Shown: positions 1 through 9,505, numbered from the stretch's first letter. The stretch is DNA of 36,096 nucleotides from Flavobacteriaceae bacterium (GCA_947472705.1 CANJDA010000001.1:1-36096); one strand, 5' to 3'. A program made the numbers and translations. Notes: generated by a model not told the origin, from the letters alone.

Positions 1-397
1 AGGAGGGTCACTTATTACCGCTAATATTGCAAATGATTATAATCGAGATGTTTTTGCAGTTCCTGGTAGAGTTTCTGATAAATACAGTCAAGGCTGTAAT
101 GATTTAATAAAAACACAACGAGCCAATTTAATGACTTCGGTTTCTGATTTAGTTTATAATCTTAATTGGGAATTAAGCATCAACTCAACTCCAATAGTTC
201 AGAAACAATTATTTGTATCGATGGATGGTGATGAACAAAAGATTTACGATTACCTCCAAAAAAACGGAAAGCAATTGCTTGATATTGTAGCCCTAGAATG
301 TGGTTTCCCAATATTTAAAATTTCCTCAATTCTATTGAATATGGAACTTAAAGGCTTGATAAGGCCTTTGCCAGGAAAATTATTTGAAGCGATTTGA
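1..397 (+). CDS. dprA: DNA-processing protein DprA, C-terminal part (5' end outside the window)
   Basis: The frame from position 2 reads GGSLITANIANDYNRDVFAVPGR, the DprA Rossmann motif. It is in frame with ORF 131-397, which ends in a winged-helix-like tail (LLNMELKGLIRPLPGKLF). Confidence 0.92.
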   Translation, partial: GGSLITANIANDYNRDVFAVPGRVSDKYSQGCNDLIKTQRANLMTSVSDLVYNLNWELSINSTPIVQKQLFVSMDGDEQKIYDYLQKNGKQLLDIVALECGFPIFKISSILLNMELKGLIRPLPGKLFEAI

Positions 398-410
398 TTT
401 AAATTATATT

Positions 411-418
411 TACATTTG
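411..418 (+). promoter_or_regulatory. Bacteroidota housekeeping -7 element (TACATTTG)
   Basis: Matches TAnnTTTG, 21 nt upstream of the ATG at 440. Confidence 0.5.
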
Positions 419-439
419 TTTACTACTACTTTGATAAAG

Positions 440-1661
440 ATGAATATAGAGGAATTATTAGATTATATAAAATCGAATCGATCAAAAATTAAAGGTATAA
501 CAGATGTTGATTTAATTCAAATTGAAGCACAAATAAAAGGTATCAAAGATCAGCATCCTGAATCAGATGAATTGGAAGCCTTTTTCAATCAAAACATAGC
601 CTTGAACAACTTCAATATCATCAGCAAACTGGTTCAAGTACAGCATGTCATTTCAGACGATTTTCTAAAAAAAATCACAATGCAGCTTATTGATAAACTC
701 GAAGAAGCAAAGCCAATTTTGACCCCACCATTTGGCGACTTTTCGAAAATTTTATTTTTGAAAGAAGCTGATTTTTATGTGTTTTTGAATCATATTAAAA
801 CTCCTGAGATTGAAGAAAAAGTAAAGGATGTTTTAAAGTTACTTATGGCTATTTACGAACAGGATTCGGGGTCAGAAATGGCAGGAAAATCTTTTATTGC
901 CTTGAATAATTTTGTGGCTATTGACGAGGAATTAGGTCAATTGATTAATGGTAATAAATTTTCTTCTGAAGTAAAAGCTAGCCCTTTCTTATCCAAAAAG
1001 GTTAAATATAATTTAATCTATTTAGTGGTATTTATTTTTGTTTCCTTTCGAGTAGCTTTATTTGTTAAAGAGTTGAAATACTTTAATAATTACAATACGA
1101 ATAATGATATGCCAATCGAGTACAAATCGGAACCACGAAAAATAGATCGCTATTATACAGATATGAAATTTAGAATTGATAGTTTCTTCGTTTTTTTGGC
1201 AGCTTATAATAAAGATGAAATAAAGCAATTGACCACTTTAGATAATTTAAAAACAGGAGAAAACCCTTTTGAAACATTTTATCAGAGCACGCCTCAAGGG
1301 GAAAGTAATAACTTTATTAAAGTCAAGAACAATACTAATTTTGACATGATATTGTTAGAAAATGCAACGGTTATTTGATACAATGAAAATTCCGAAAGCA
1401 GCTTATTATATTAAAGCAGGCAAGACTATAGAAGTCACTACAAGAGAAACAGATGCTAAAAGTGTTTTTAATTTTTATATAGGAAAAAAATTATCCTCTT
1501 TTCAAACCAATAGCAATCACATTTTTGTTAGAAACAAATCAATAATTGAATACCGATTTAGTGAATTACTCCCAACTACAATGACCATTTTAAGAACGGA
1601 TTATAGTTTGATAAATGACACCACAGTTTCATTAAAAAACGACACTTTTAAAATGAATTAA
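440..1661 (+). pseudogene. Hypothetical single-pass membrane protein, apparently split by a frameshift near 1365-1375 (ORFs 440-1378 and 1362-1661)
   Basis: First ORF has one TM segment (YNLIYLVVFIFVSFRVALFV) and stops abruptly at ENATVI*. The overlapping frame continues LFDTMKIPKAAYYIKAG... with similar composition. ATG 440 is preferred over TTG 416, which overlaps the -7 element. Confidence 0.55.
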
Positions 1662-1663
1662 AT

Positions 1664-1700
1664 AAAAAAAGTCTAAAGATGTGTTTTCTCTAGACTTTTT
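1664..1700. terminator. Bidirectional intrinsic terminator
   Basis: AAAAAGTCTA...TAGACTTTTT inverted repeat with A/T tails between convergent genes. Confidence 0.75.
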
Positions 1701-1721
1701 AAGTTATTAAAATTAACAGCA

Positions 1722-2138
1722 TTATTTTTTTGCTGCTATTTTTAGAATAAAAGTTTGTTCTATTCTATCTTCAGGGGGACCATTTGCTAATTTTACTTCG
1801 TATCCATCAGGAACTTCATTTATTTCTAAAACTTCAATGTTAATGAGGTTTTCAACCTTATACAATTTAGTGGTCTTTTCTTTTCCTAATTCGGTATCGG
1901 AAATGTATAAAAATTGCTTAGCTCCTTCAGGGTTTTCATCTTTATTATATCCCAAATCAGAATTAAGCACACAGGTTTTGAATAAATGGGTTTTAAAACC
2001 AAAAGAATTTATGGAGTAAACCTTGGCCATTACAGTACTTATTTCAGCACTTTTTACTTCAGTATATTTAATATCATCTTGTGCATAAGTAGTAACAACA
2101 AAAAGCGACATTAAAATGATGAAAACAGATTTTTTCAT
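1722..2138 (-). CDS. Hypothetical exported protein
   Basis: The likely start is MKKSVFIILMSLFVVTTYA|QD, a typical Sec signal peptide with the Bacteroidota Gln at +1. It lies directly downstream of trpS. Confidence 0.7.
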   Translation of the reverse strand: MKKSVFIILMSLFVVTTYAQDDIKYTEVKSAEISTVMAKVYSINSFGFKTHLFKTCVLNSDLGYNKDENPEGAKQFLYISDTELGKEKTTKLYKVENLINIEVLEINEVPDGYEVKLANGPPEDRIEQTFILKIAAKK

Positions 2139-2169
2139 AAGAAACAGATTTTTATCAAATGTATAAATT

Positions 2170-3147
2170 TTATTCAAATCCCAATTTTTCCCTCACTTTT
2201 TTTAAGACACCATTAGCAATATTTCCTGCTTTGGCAGCCCCTTGTTTCAATAAGGTATCAACTTCATTTTGATTACTCATATAGTAATTATATTTTTCTC
2301 TTTCGGTTTTGAATTTTTCAAGAATAAGCTCATATAAAGCTTGCTTGGCATGACCATAACCAAAGTCTCTATTGATGTTAGCATATTTAGTTTTCATTTC
2401 TGCAATCTGATCAGAACTAGCAATTAATTTATAAATGCCAAATATTTTGCAAGTATCCGTATTTTTAGGTTCTTCAAGAGGAGTACTATCGGTTTCTATG
2501 CTCATGATTTGCTTGCGTAAGCCTTTATCATCCAAGAAAATGTTAATGATATTGCCACGTGATTTACTCATTTTTAAGCCATCTGTTCCGGGAACGTACA
2601 TGGTTTCTTCTTTAATTTTTCCTTCTGGAATTACAAAAGTTTCACCCATACGATGATTGAATCTAGACGCAACATCACGAGTAAATTCGATGTGTTGCAT
2701 CTGGTCTTTTCCAACAGGAACAAACTCGGCATCATACAGTAAAATATCTGCAGCCATAAGCATAGGATACACAAAAATGCCAGAATTCACATCTTCCAAA
2801 CGATCAGCTTTATCTTTGAAAGAGTGGGCTAATGTTAAACGCTGATAAGGAAAAAAGCAGGTCAAATACCAAGACAATTCAGCTGTTTGCGGCACATCAC
2901 TTTGACGGTAAAAAATTACTTTATTTACATCCAAACCACAGGCTAACCAAACTGCGGCTGTACTATATGTGTTTTGACGAAGTTCATCACCATTTTTTAT
3001 TTGGGTAACCGAATGCATATCGGCGATAAACAAAAATGATTCATTGGAAGGGCTTTTGGATAATTCAATAGCAGGAATAATGGCACCTAATAAATTTCCT
3101 AGATGAGGCGTTCCTGTGCTTTGGATTCCGGTTAATATTTTTGACAT
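2170..3147 (-). CDS. trpS: Tryptophan--tRNA ligase
   Basis: TGIQSTGTPHLGN (HIGH-like), YPMLMAADILLY, VPVGKDQ and KMSKS motifs. Confidence 0.98.
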   Translation of the reverse strand: MSKILTGIQSTGTPHLGNLLGAIIPAIELSKSPSNESFLFIADMHSVTQIKNGDELRQNTYSTAAVWLACGLDVNKVIFYRQSDVPQTAELSWYLTCFFPYQRLTLAHSFKDKADRLEDVNSGIFVYPMLMAADILLYDAEFVPVGKDQMQHIEFTRDVASRFNHRMGETFVIPEGKIKEETMYVPGTDGLKMSKSRGNIINIFLDDKGLRKQIMSIETDSTPLEEPKNTDTCKIFGIYKLIASSDQIAEMKTKYANINRDFGYGHAKQALYELILEKFKTEREKYNYYMSNQNEVDTLLKQGAAKAGNIANGVLKKVREKLGFE

Positions 3148-3165
3148 TTTCAAAATTTTTCTAAT

Positions 3166-3215
3166 CGCAAAGTTAAACCTTTGTATTAAAAATTACACAC
3201 CTTTCATTACATTTG
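3166..3215. promoter_or_regulatory. Divergent promoter pair: TAACTTTG (minus strand, trpS) and TACATTTG (plus strand, acyltransferase)
   Basis: CAAAGTTA at 3168-3175 and TACATTTG at 3208-3215 both match TAnnTTTG and face their respective genes. Confidence 0.6.
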
Positions 3216-3220
3216 ACACT

Positions 3221-3952
3221 ATGAGAGTATTGAAAATTATTTTTTGGACAATGTATCGCATTTGGTTTTACATTTTGATGGCGATTCCCATTATAGTAAT
3301 GTTCCCGTTTCTTTTCATATCCATCCTTTCAGAAAAATGGTATCCTTATTTTTTTGTTATGGCAAGAATTTGGGCCAAATTTATCCTATTGGGTATGGGA
3401 TTTTATGTTAAACTGGAAACAGAAGAAGAGATTGAGGAAGGTAAAAGTTATATGTTTGTAGCCAATCACACTTCGATGACGGATATAATGTTGATGCTTT
3501 CAGTTATCAAAAACCCTTTTGTTTTTGTAGGTAAAAAAGAGTTGGTAAACATCCCTTTATTTGGTTTTTTCTACAAACGAACCTGTATTTTGGTGGATCG
3601 AAGTAGTTCAAAAAGTCGTATGGCGGTATTTGAAAGAGCTCAAAACAGAATCAATCAAGGTTTGAGCATTTGTATTTTCCCAGAAGGAGGCGTTCCTGAT
3701 GAAAGCGTTATTTTGGACGAATTCAAAGATGGGGCATTTCGATTAGCAATTGAACATGAACTACCCATAGTGCCATTAACTTTTGCTGACAATAAAGAAC
3801 GGTTTTCATATACTTTTTTTAGTGGATGTCCTGGTATAATGAGAGCAAAAATCCATCACTTCTTTAACGTTAAAAATTATCCTAACAATAAAAAAATAAT
3901 AAAAGACGAGGTTAGACAAGTTATTTTAAATCAATTGCAAGCCTATAATTAA
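3221..3952 (+). CDS. 1-acyl-sn-glycerol-3-phosphate (lysophospholipid) acyltransferase, PlsC family
   Basis: NHTSMTD (HX4D) and IFPEGG motifs, N-terminal hydrophobic segment. ATG 3221 is preferred because the longer ORF overlaps trpS. Confidence 0.93.
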   Translation: MRVLKIIFWTMYRIWFYILMAIPIIVMFPFLFISILSEKWYPYFFVMARIWAKFILLGMGFYVKLETEEEIEEGKSYMFVANHTSMTDIMLMLSVIKNPFVFVGKKELVNIPLFGFFYKRTCILVDRSSSKSRMAVFERAQNRINQGLSICIFPEGGVPDESVILDEFKDGAFRLAIEHELPIVPLTFADNKERFSYTFFSGCPGIMRAKIHHFFNVKNYPNNKKIIKDEVRQVILNQLQAYN

Positions 3953-3953
3953 T

Positions 3954-3984
3954 AAAAAAGAGCCCTAAACTTTAGGACTCTTTT
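3954..3984. terminator. Bidirectional intrinsic terminator
   Basis: AAAAGAG-C-CCTAAA-C-TTTAGG-A-CTCTTTT hairpin between convergent genes. Confidence 0.75.
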
Positions 3985-4038
3985 CTGTCATTACTCGAAA
4001 GCAATAACACCACTTAACTAATTTTAAAATAATTTAAC

Positions 4039-5550
4039 CTAAAATTTATAACTAATTCCACTATATATTCCATAAACATAGGGCTTGAAATTCCCTGAGT
4101 TGGAGCTGAAAGTGTTTAACTGGTACTTGATAGTTGGCTCCACACTGAATTCAAAAGATTTCATAAAACCATATTTCAACCCAAACCCAAGGTTGGTACT
4201 GAAATGGACATCGTTTAAATTATTAGCTTTCCCTAAATCAGTACTAAAAGTATCAGAAACCGCAGTTATACTGTTTTCGTCTAAGAAAAAAGTGCTTATT
4301 CCTCCAATAATTTTAACACCAAATCGTTTATTAATCAAAGAATATGTTAGTTCTAGGGGGACTTCATAATAGCCTAATTTTTGATTTAGATAACCTTTGT
4401 TTTTATTTATTAAATCATTTTCAAAAGGCAATAGGGCGTTATTAATTTGATTGGCATCTTCAACTATTATTGGGGTGTTATTTGCTGATGCAGATATATT
4501 TGTTATGGTATTTGAATCAATACTCGCATAGAAAGCAATCCCATTAGTGTTATAATCAAACGACATTTTATTGATACCTGTTCGAACGGAATATTTGTTA
4601 TTTAAAGCATAACATACTCCCACTCCGAAACTGAAACTTGTATTGTATGTTTTTGAATTATCCTCAAAAGAAGGGTCAATAGGAGACCCATTGGTAACAG
4701 AACCTAAGAAAACAGGGGTAACATTTGAGGCAATCAGCCACCTGCTTTCTTTTGATTTCTGCTTTGTTTTGCTTTCTTTTTCATTAAGCAATTCTTCCAG
4801 AGCATTCGTAGTAACACCATTAATTTTAGTGGTGTCATTAACTTTCTTTTCAGTTGTTACAATTTTTGAGTTTGCATTAGTAGCGTCTTTTAATTCATCT
4901 AGATTTATAGATTTATTAATTGGAGATGAATTGTTTTTGGTTAAATTATTATCTGTTTGAATAATGTTTTTATTTTGATCAGAATCAGCTATTTGACTTG
5001 ATTTTTCAGTTATGAGAGAATTATTCTCCCAATTGTTAATATGCTTTTCTTCACATCTTTCATTCAATAAACGACTTGTTTTTGTTTTGTTTTGGGCAAC
5101 CTTTGTTTGTGTAGATTGAGAAACAATTCTTGTTTTATTTTTTTCTTCAGAAGCATTATTGATTTTCTTTTCAGCAACATTATTTTTTTCTTTTATAGCT
5201 GAATTATTGAACAACGTTTCCGAATTGTCTTTAATATCTGGTTTGACATTGTCGCTATTTTTTTTAGTATTTTTTATTATTTCAGGTGCTTCTGTATCCT
5301 TCGCATTTGTTTCAATTACAACCGCATTTTTTGTTTTAATTTCAGGCTGTAACCCTGGCATAACTAGCAATAGACCAATCAAAAATACAGCCGCTACTCC
5401 TGTAAGTTTCCACCAAAAAGGAATAATTCTTCTTTTTTTCTTTTCATCCAACTTTGCTTCAATATTTGACCAAGCAGATTCCATAGGAGTCGCTTCGAAA
5501 TCTTCGAATCTTTCTTGAAAAAGTCTATCTATATTTTTTCTTTCACTCAT
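4039..5550 (-). CDS. Putative anti-sigma factor with N-terminal cytoplasmic domain, TM helix, long disordered linker and C-terminal outer-membrane beta-barrel
   Basis: N-terminus IDRLFQERFEDFEATP..AWSNIEAKL, TM segment FWWKLTGVAAVFLIGLLLV, N/K/E/S/T-rich linker, and amphipathic strands ending GISYKF. ATGA overlap with the upstream sigma gene. Confidence 0.75.
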   Translation of the reverse strand: MSERKNIDRLFQERFEDFEATPMESAWSNIEAKLDEKKKRRIIPFWWKLTGVAAVFLIGLLLVMPGLQPEIKTKNAVVIETNAKDTEAPEIIKNTKKNSDNVKPDIKDNSETLFNNSAIKEKNNVAEKKINNASEEKNKTRIVSQSTQTKVAQNKTKTSRLLNERCEEKHINNWENNSLITEKSSQIADSDQNKNIIQTDNNLTKNNSSPINKSINLDELKDATNANSKIVTTEKKVNDTTKINGVTTNALEELLNEKESKTKQKSKESRWLIASNVTPVFLGSVTNGSPIDPSFEDNSKTYNTSFSFGVGVCYALNNKYSVRTGINKMSFDYNTNGIAFYASIDSNTITNISASANNTPIIVEDANQINNALLPFENDLINKNKGYLNQKLGYYEVPLELTYSLINKRFGVKIIGGISTFFLDENSITAVSDTFSTDLGKANNLNDVHFSTNLGFGLKYGFMKSFEFSVEPTIKYQLNTFSSNSGNFKPYVYGIYSGISYKF

Positions 5551-6098
5551 TTTGCAGAAGGAAAAGTTTTGTTTTCTTCGTTTTTGTATTGTTCTATTTT
5601 GTTTTTTAAAATCATTTTAGAACGAGCCAAATTTGATTTTGAGGTGCCGATGTTGATACTGAGCATTTCAGCAATCTCTTGATGTGAATATCCATCGAGT
5701 ACATAAAGATTAAATACTAATCGATACCTGTCTGGTAATTCTTGAATGATTTTTAATAAAAAATCAAGTGAAATACTTTCATCATCAAGATCAATTTCAT
5801 AATCGTCTTCAATTTCTTCATTTACAATACTTAAAAAGGTTTGGTTTCTGTATTGTTGTAATACATTGTTTATCATAATTCTTTTTAACCAACCTTCAAA
5901 AGAACCTTTAAATGAAAACTGTTCAATTTTATTAAATATAATTAAAAACCCATCCTGTAAATTGTCTTGAGCCTCAGTATAATTACGAGAATACTTTAAG
6001 CAAACAGCAAACAGTTTTGGCGAGTATAATCGATATAACTGTTCTTGTGCTTTTCGTTCGTTTTTATTGCAATCATTTATGAGTTGATTTAAATCCAA
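5547..6098 (-). CDS. ECF-type RNA polymerase sigma-70 factor
   Basis: Region 2 (AQDNLQDGF, SFEGWLKRIMIN) and region 4 (LPDRYRLVFNL, SHQEIAEML, GTSKSNLARSK). TTG start. Confidence 0.96.
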   Translation of the reverse strand: MDLNQLINDCNKNERKAQEQLYRLYSPKLFAVCLKYSRNYTEAQDNLQDGFLIIFNKIEQFSFKGSFEGWLKRIMINNVLQQYRNQTFLSIVNEEIEDDYEIDLDDESISLDFLLKIIQELPDRYRLVFNLYVLDGYSHQEIAEMLSINIGTSKSNLARSKMILKNKIEQYKNEENKTFPSAK

Positions 6099-6120
6099 TT
6101 TTTTTAATTTGATTGGCTAT

Positions 6121-6540
6121 TTAATTTGTTACTGGGACTTCAAATTCTAAATAAATATTATTTCCATCAGTATCTTTACCTTGCCAAAACTTAAATATGT
6201 AAGAGCCATTTCCTGTTACTAAAAAGTTAAAAGTATAGGTAGCCATTTCATTCGTTAATTCTTGACAATTGTTTCTTTGTGCTACTGCATCTTCAACAGC
6301 TATGGTTCTTACATTACTTTCACTACCATTACCTTTTTTATAGTAAATAGTGTTGAAATAATGGCAAGTCGTTGGTCTTTTGTAATGTATAGTAATTGGA
6401 TAGGTATTACCCATGGTAAATTCGGAAGGAATGTCAACACTTTCAGTTGGTAATAATTCAAATAAATAATTATCACCATTATCAGTGGAACAAGAATTAA
6501 AAATAAAAAACAAGGCTATTAAAGGGATTATTTTTTTCAT
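6121..6540 (-). CDS. Hypothetical lipoprotein
   Basis: MKKIIPLIALFFIFNS|C lipobox followed by STDNGD; beta-rich mature domain with two further Cys. Confidence 0.8.
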   Translation of the reverse strand: MKKIIPLIALFFIFNSCSTDNGDNYLFELLPTESVDIPSEFTMGNTYPITIHYKRPTTCHYFNTIYYKKGNGSESNVRTIAVEDAVAQRNNCQELTNEMATYTFNFLVTGNGSYIFKFWQGKDTDGNNIYLEFEVPVTN

Positions 6541-6600
6541 GATATAAATTGACTTTGCTTATGGATGACTATATCTTAAATAGGTTGCGTTAAGGTAATA

Positions 6601-6624
6601 AAAAAACCCGAAATTTTCGGGTTT
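6601..6624 (-). terminator. recA intrinsic terminator
   Basis: AAACCCGAA-ATT-TTCGGGTTT hairpin with a poly-T tail on the minus strand. Confidence 0.85.
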
Positions 6625-6630
6625 GTTGTT

Positions 6631-7635
6631 TTAGGCATTATTTTCTTTTATAAGATCTTTTATTTTTTGTTCCAATTCATCGGCCAATTCAGGATTGTCT
6701 TTAATTAAGACTTTTACCGCGTCTCGTCCTTGTCCTAATTTGGTATCTCCATAACTAAACCAAGAACCTGCTTTTTTGATAATTTCAAATTCTACAGCTA
6801 AATCAAGTATTTCTCCGGTTTTAGAAACTCCTTCGCCATACATTATATCGAATTCTGCAGTTTTGAATGGTGGAGCCACTTTGTTTTTTACCACTTTTAC
6901 TTTCGTTCTGTTTCCAATAACATTTTCACCATCTTTGATTTGTGATGAACGACGAATATCTAAACGAACGGAAGCATAAAATTTCAAGGCATTACCTCCA
7001 GTTGTGGTTTCAGGATTACCAAACATTACGCCAATTTTCTCTCGCAATTGGTTGATAAAGAAAACAGTACAATGAGTTTTGCTAATGGCACCAGTTAATT
7101 TTCTTAAAGCCTGTGACATTAAACGAGCATGTAATCCCATTTTAGAATCGCCCATTTCACCTTCAATCTCACTTTTTGGAGTTAATGCAGCTACAGAGTC
7201 AATAACTACTATATCTATAGCCCCTGAACGGATAAGGTTTTCAGCAATTTCCAAGGCTTGCTCGCCATTATCAGGTTGTGAAATAATTAAGTTTTCGATG
7301 TCTACGCCTAATTTCTCAGCATAATTTCTATCGAAAGCATGTTCTGCATCAATAAACGCTGCTATTCCACCCGCTTTTTGTGCTTCGGCTATAGCGTGCA
7401 ATGTTAAAGTGGTTTTACCTGATGATTCGGGTCCATATATTTCAATAACTCTTCCTCTTGGATACCCATTTACTCCTAAGGCTAAATCTAAACCAAGCGA
7501 ACCTGAAGGAATAATTTCTACTTCTTCTACGGCTTTGTCCCCCATTTTCATTACGGTTCCTTTGCCGTAAGCTTTATCTAATTTATCTAGTGTTAATTGT
7601 AATGCTTTTAATTTTGCTTCTTTTTCTGAACTCAT
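6631..7635 (-). CDS. recA: Recombinase RecA
   Basis: GPESSGKTT Walker [17 protein letters not shown] and [17 protein letters not shown] motifs. The likely start is MSSEKEAK at 7635. Confidence 0.99.
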   Translation of the reverse strand: MSSEKEAKLKALQLTLDKLDKAYGKGTVMKMGDKAVEEVEIIPSGSLGLDLALGVNGYPRGRVIEIYGPESSGKTTLTLHAIAEAQKAGGIAAFIDAEHAFDRNYAEKLGVDIENLIISQPDNGEQALEIAENLIRSGAIDIVVIDSVAALTPKSEIEGEMGDSKMGLHARLMSQALRKLTGAISKTHCTVFFINQLREKIGVMFGNPETTTGGNALKFYASVRLDIRRSSQIKDGENVIGNRTKVKVVKNKVAPPFKTAEFDIMYGEGVSKTGEILDLAVEFEIIKKAGSWFSYGDTKLGQGRDAVKVLIKDNPELADELEQKIKDLIKENNA

Positions 7636-7734
7636 GTTGTAAAAATTTTGTGGCATAAAAATAAACCTTTTTTTCATGTAAATCCATCTCAATTTATAAG
7701 AATTATAAACAATCTATATGACAAATTTATTTTC

Positions 7735-7742
7735 TATTTTTG
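7735..7742 (+). promoter_or_regulatory. -7 element (TATTTTTG) for the acyltransferase-desaturase operon
   Basis: TAnnTTTG match 17 nt upstream of ATG 7760. Confidence 0.5.
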
Positions 7743-7759
7743 TCTTCTATTTTTATGTT

Positions 7760-8494
7760 ATGGAAAAGCTTATTTCGTATCCAATATCAATCTTATTTTA
7801 TTTTTGTTTTATTTTAACATTGTTTGTTTTCCATCCCATTCAGTGGTTTTGTTTTACTTTTTTTGGTTATGAAGCACATAAGAAAAGTGTAGATTATTTA
7901 AATTTTTTTTTGTCAAAATGCACAAATATTTTAGGGACTTCATATACTTTTGAGAATATAGATTCTATTCCAAAAGGTGCGCCAATAATTTTTGTAGCCA
8001 ATCATCAAAGTTTGTATGACATCGTTGGTATTATTTGGTATTTACGAAGATTTCATGCTAAATTTGTTAGCAAAAAAGAATTAGGGAAAGGAATACCTAG
8101 CGTTTCGTATAATTTAAGACACGGAGGATCCGTCCTTATCGATAGAAATGATTCTAAACAAGCTATCCCGCTAATTAAAGGATTATCAGAATATATAGAA
8201 AAGCACAAAAGATCAGCGGTAATTTTCCCCGAAGGCACAAGAAGTAAAAACGGAATTCCTAAAGAATTTGCCCAAAATGGCTTAAAAATCCTATGTAAAT
8301 ACGCACCTTCTGCTTATGTTGTGCCAATTACTATTAATAATTCGTGGAAAATGGTTAAATTTGGAGCCTTCCCCATGGGATTAGGAAACAAGCTGCAATT
8401 TATCATTCATAAACCATTAGCTGTTTCAGCCTTTTCATTTGAAGAGTTGATGGAGAAGACCGAAAAAGCGGTTAAACAATCAATTAAAAATTAA
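7760..8494 (+). CDS. Lysophospholipid acyltransferase, PlsC family (second paralogue)
   Basis: NHQSLYD (HX4D) and FPEGTRS motifs. Confidence 0.93.
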   Translation: MEKLISYPISILFYFCFILTLFVFHPIQWFCFTFFGYEAHKKSVDYLNFFLSKCTNILGTSYTFENIDSIPKGAPIIFVANHQSLYDIVGIIWYLRRFHAKFVSKKELGKGIPSVSYNLRHGGSVLIDRNDSKQAIPLIKGLSEYIEKHKRSAVIFPEGTRSKNGIPKEFAQNGLKILCKYAPSAYVVPITINNSWKMVKFGAFPMGLGNKLQFIIHKPLAVSAFSFEELMEKTEKAVKQSIKN

Positions 8495-8497
8495 AAA

Positions 8498-9496
8498 ATG
8501 CCTCAAAAAAATTTAAGGCTCGAAGTCATGCAATTTTTGGAAAAAGACATTAACAACTTTGTTGATGAATACTTAATTCCAGTAGAAAAAATTTGGCAGC
8601 CAAGTGACTTATTACCCAATTCAGAAGGAGAAAACTTTTTTGAAGAAGTTACAGAATTACGTGAAATAGCAAAAGATTTACCCTATGATTTTTGGGTTGC
8701 CCTTGTAGGTGACACTATAACAGAAGAGGCATTGCCTACTTATGAATCCTGGTTAATGGATGTAGAAGGCGTGAATCAAAAAACAGAGAATGGAGATAAT
8801 GGTTGGGCCAAATGGTTGCGTTTATGGACCGGTGAAGAAAACCGTCACGGGGATTTATTAAATAAATACTTGTATTTATCGGGTCGCGTAAACATGCGTG
8901 AAGTAGAAATCACAACTCAGCATTTAATCAATGATGGATTCGATCCAGGAACTGGAAGAGATCCTTATAAAAACTTTGTTTTTACTAGTTTTCAAGAATT
9001 GGCAACTTATGTGTCACACAATCGAGTAGCACAATTGGCAAAAAAATACGGTGATAATAAATTATCTAAGATTTGTAAAATCATTGCAGGTGATGAAATG
9101 CGTCATCATTTGGCATATAGCGAATTTGTAACTCGAATTTTCAAAATAGATCCAAGCGAGATGTTGTTGGCATTTGAATACATGATGAAGAAAAAAATCA
9201 CTATGCCAGCAAACTTGATTCGTGAATCTGGAGAAAGTATAGGTTCTGCATTTGAGAAATTTTCTGAATCAGCACAAAGAATAGGTGTTTATACAGCGCT
9301 TGACTATGTTGATATTTTAGATAAATTGAATGTTAAATGGGAAATAGACAAATTGGCCAACCTAACAGATGAAGCCGAAAAAGCCCGTGATTATTTATTG
9401 AGATTACCAGCTAGAATGACCAGAATTGCTGAGCGAATGGTGGTTCCGGCAGAAGAAAAATTATTCTCTTGGGTGCAACCCGCCTTGATAAAATAA
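8498..9496 (+). CDS. Soluble acyl-ACP desaturase (ferritin-like di-iron; plant stearoyl-ACP desaturase / mycobacterial DesA family)
   Basis: WQPSDLLP, ITEEALPTY, WTGEENRHG, FQELAT and DEMRHH (two EXXH di-iron motifs). Confidence 0.95.
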   Translation: MPQKNLRLEVMQFLEKDINNFVDEYLIPVEKIWQPSDLLPNSEGENFFEEVTELREIAKDLPYDFWVALVGDTITEEALPTYESWLMDVEGVNQKTENGDNGWAKWLRLWTGEENRHGDLLNKYLYLSGRVNMREVEITTQHLINDGFDPGTGRDPYKNFVFTSFQELATYVSHNRVAQLAKKYGDNKLSKICKIIAGDEMRHHLAYSEFVTRIFKIDPSEMLLAFEYMMKKKITMPANLIRESGESIGSAFEKFSESAQRIGVYTALDYVDILDKLNVKWEIDKLANLTDEAEKARDYLLRLPARMTRIAERMVVPAEEKLFSWVQPALIK

Positions 9497-9505
9497 ATAC
9501 AAACC

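Noticed and set aside
7636-7759. Possible SOS operator upstream of recA, including TTTATAA-GAA-TTATAAA at 7693-7709
   Set aside because: There is no match to the GGA-N5-TCC Bacteroidota SOS box or to CTGT-N8-ACAG, and a palindrome with A/T-only arms is expected by chance here.
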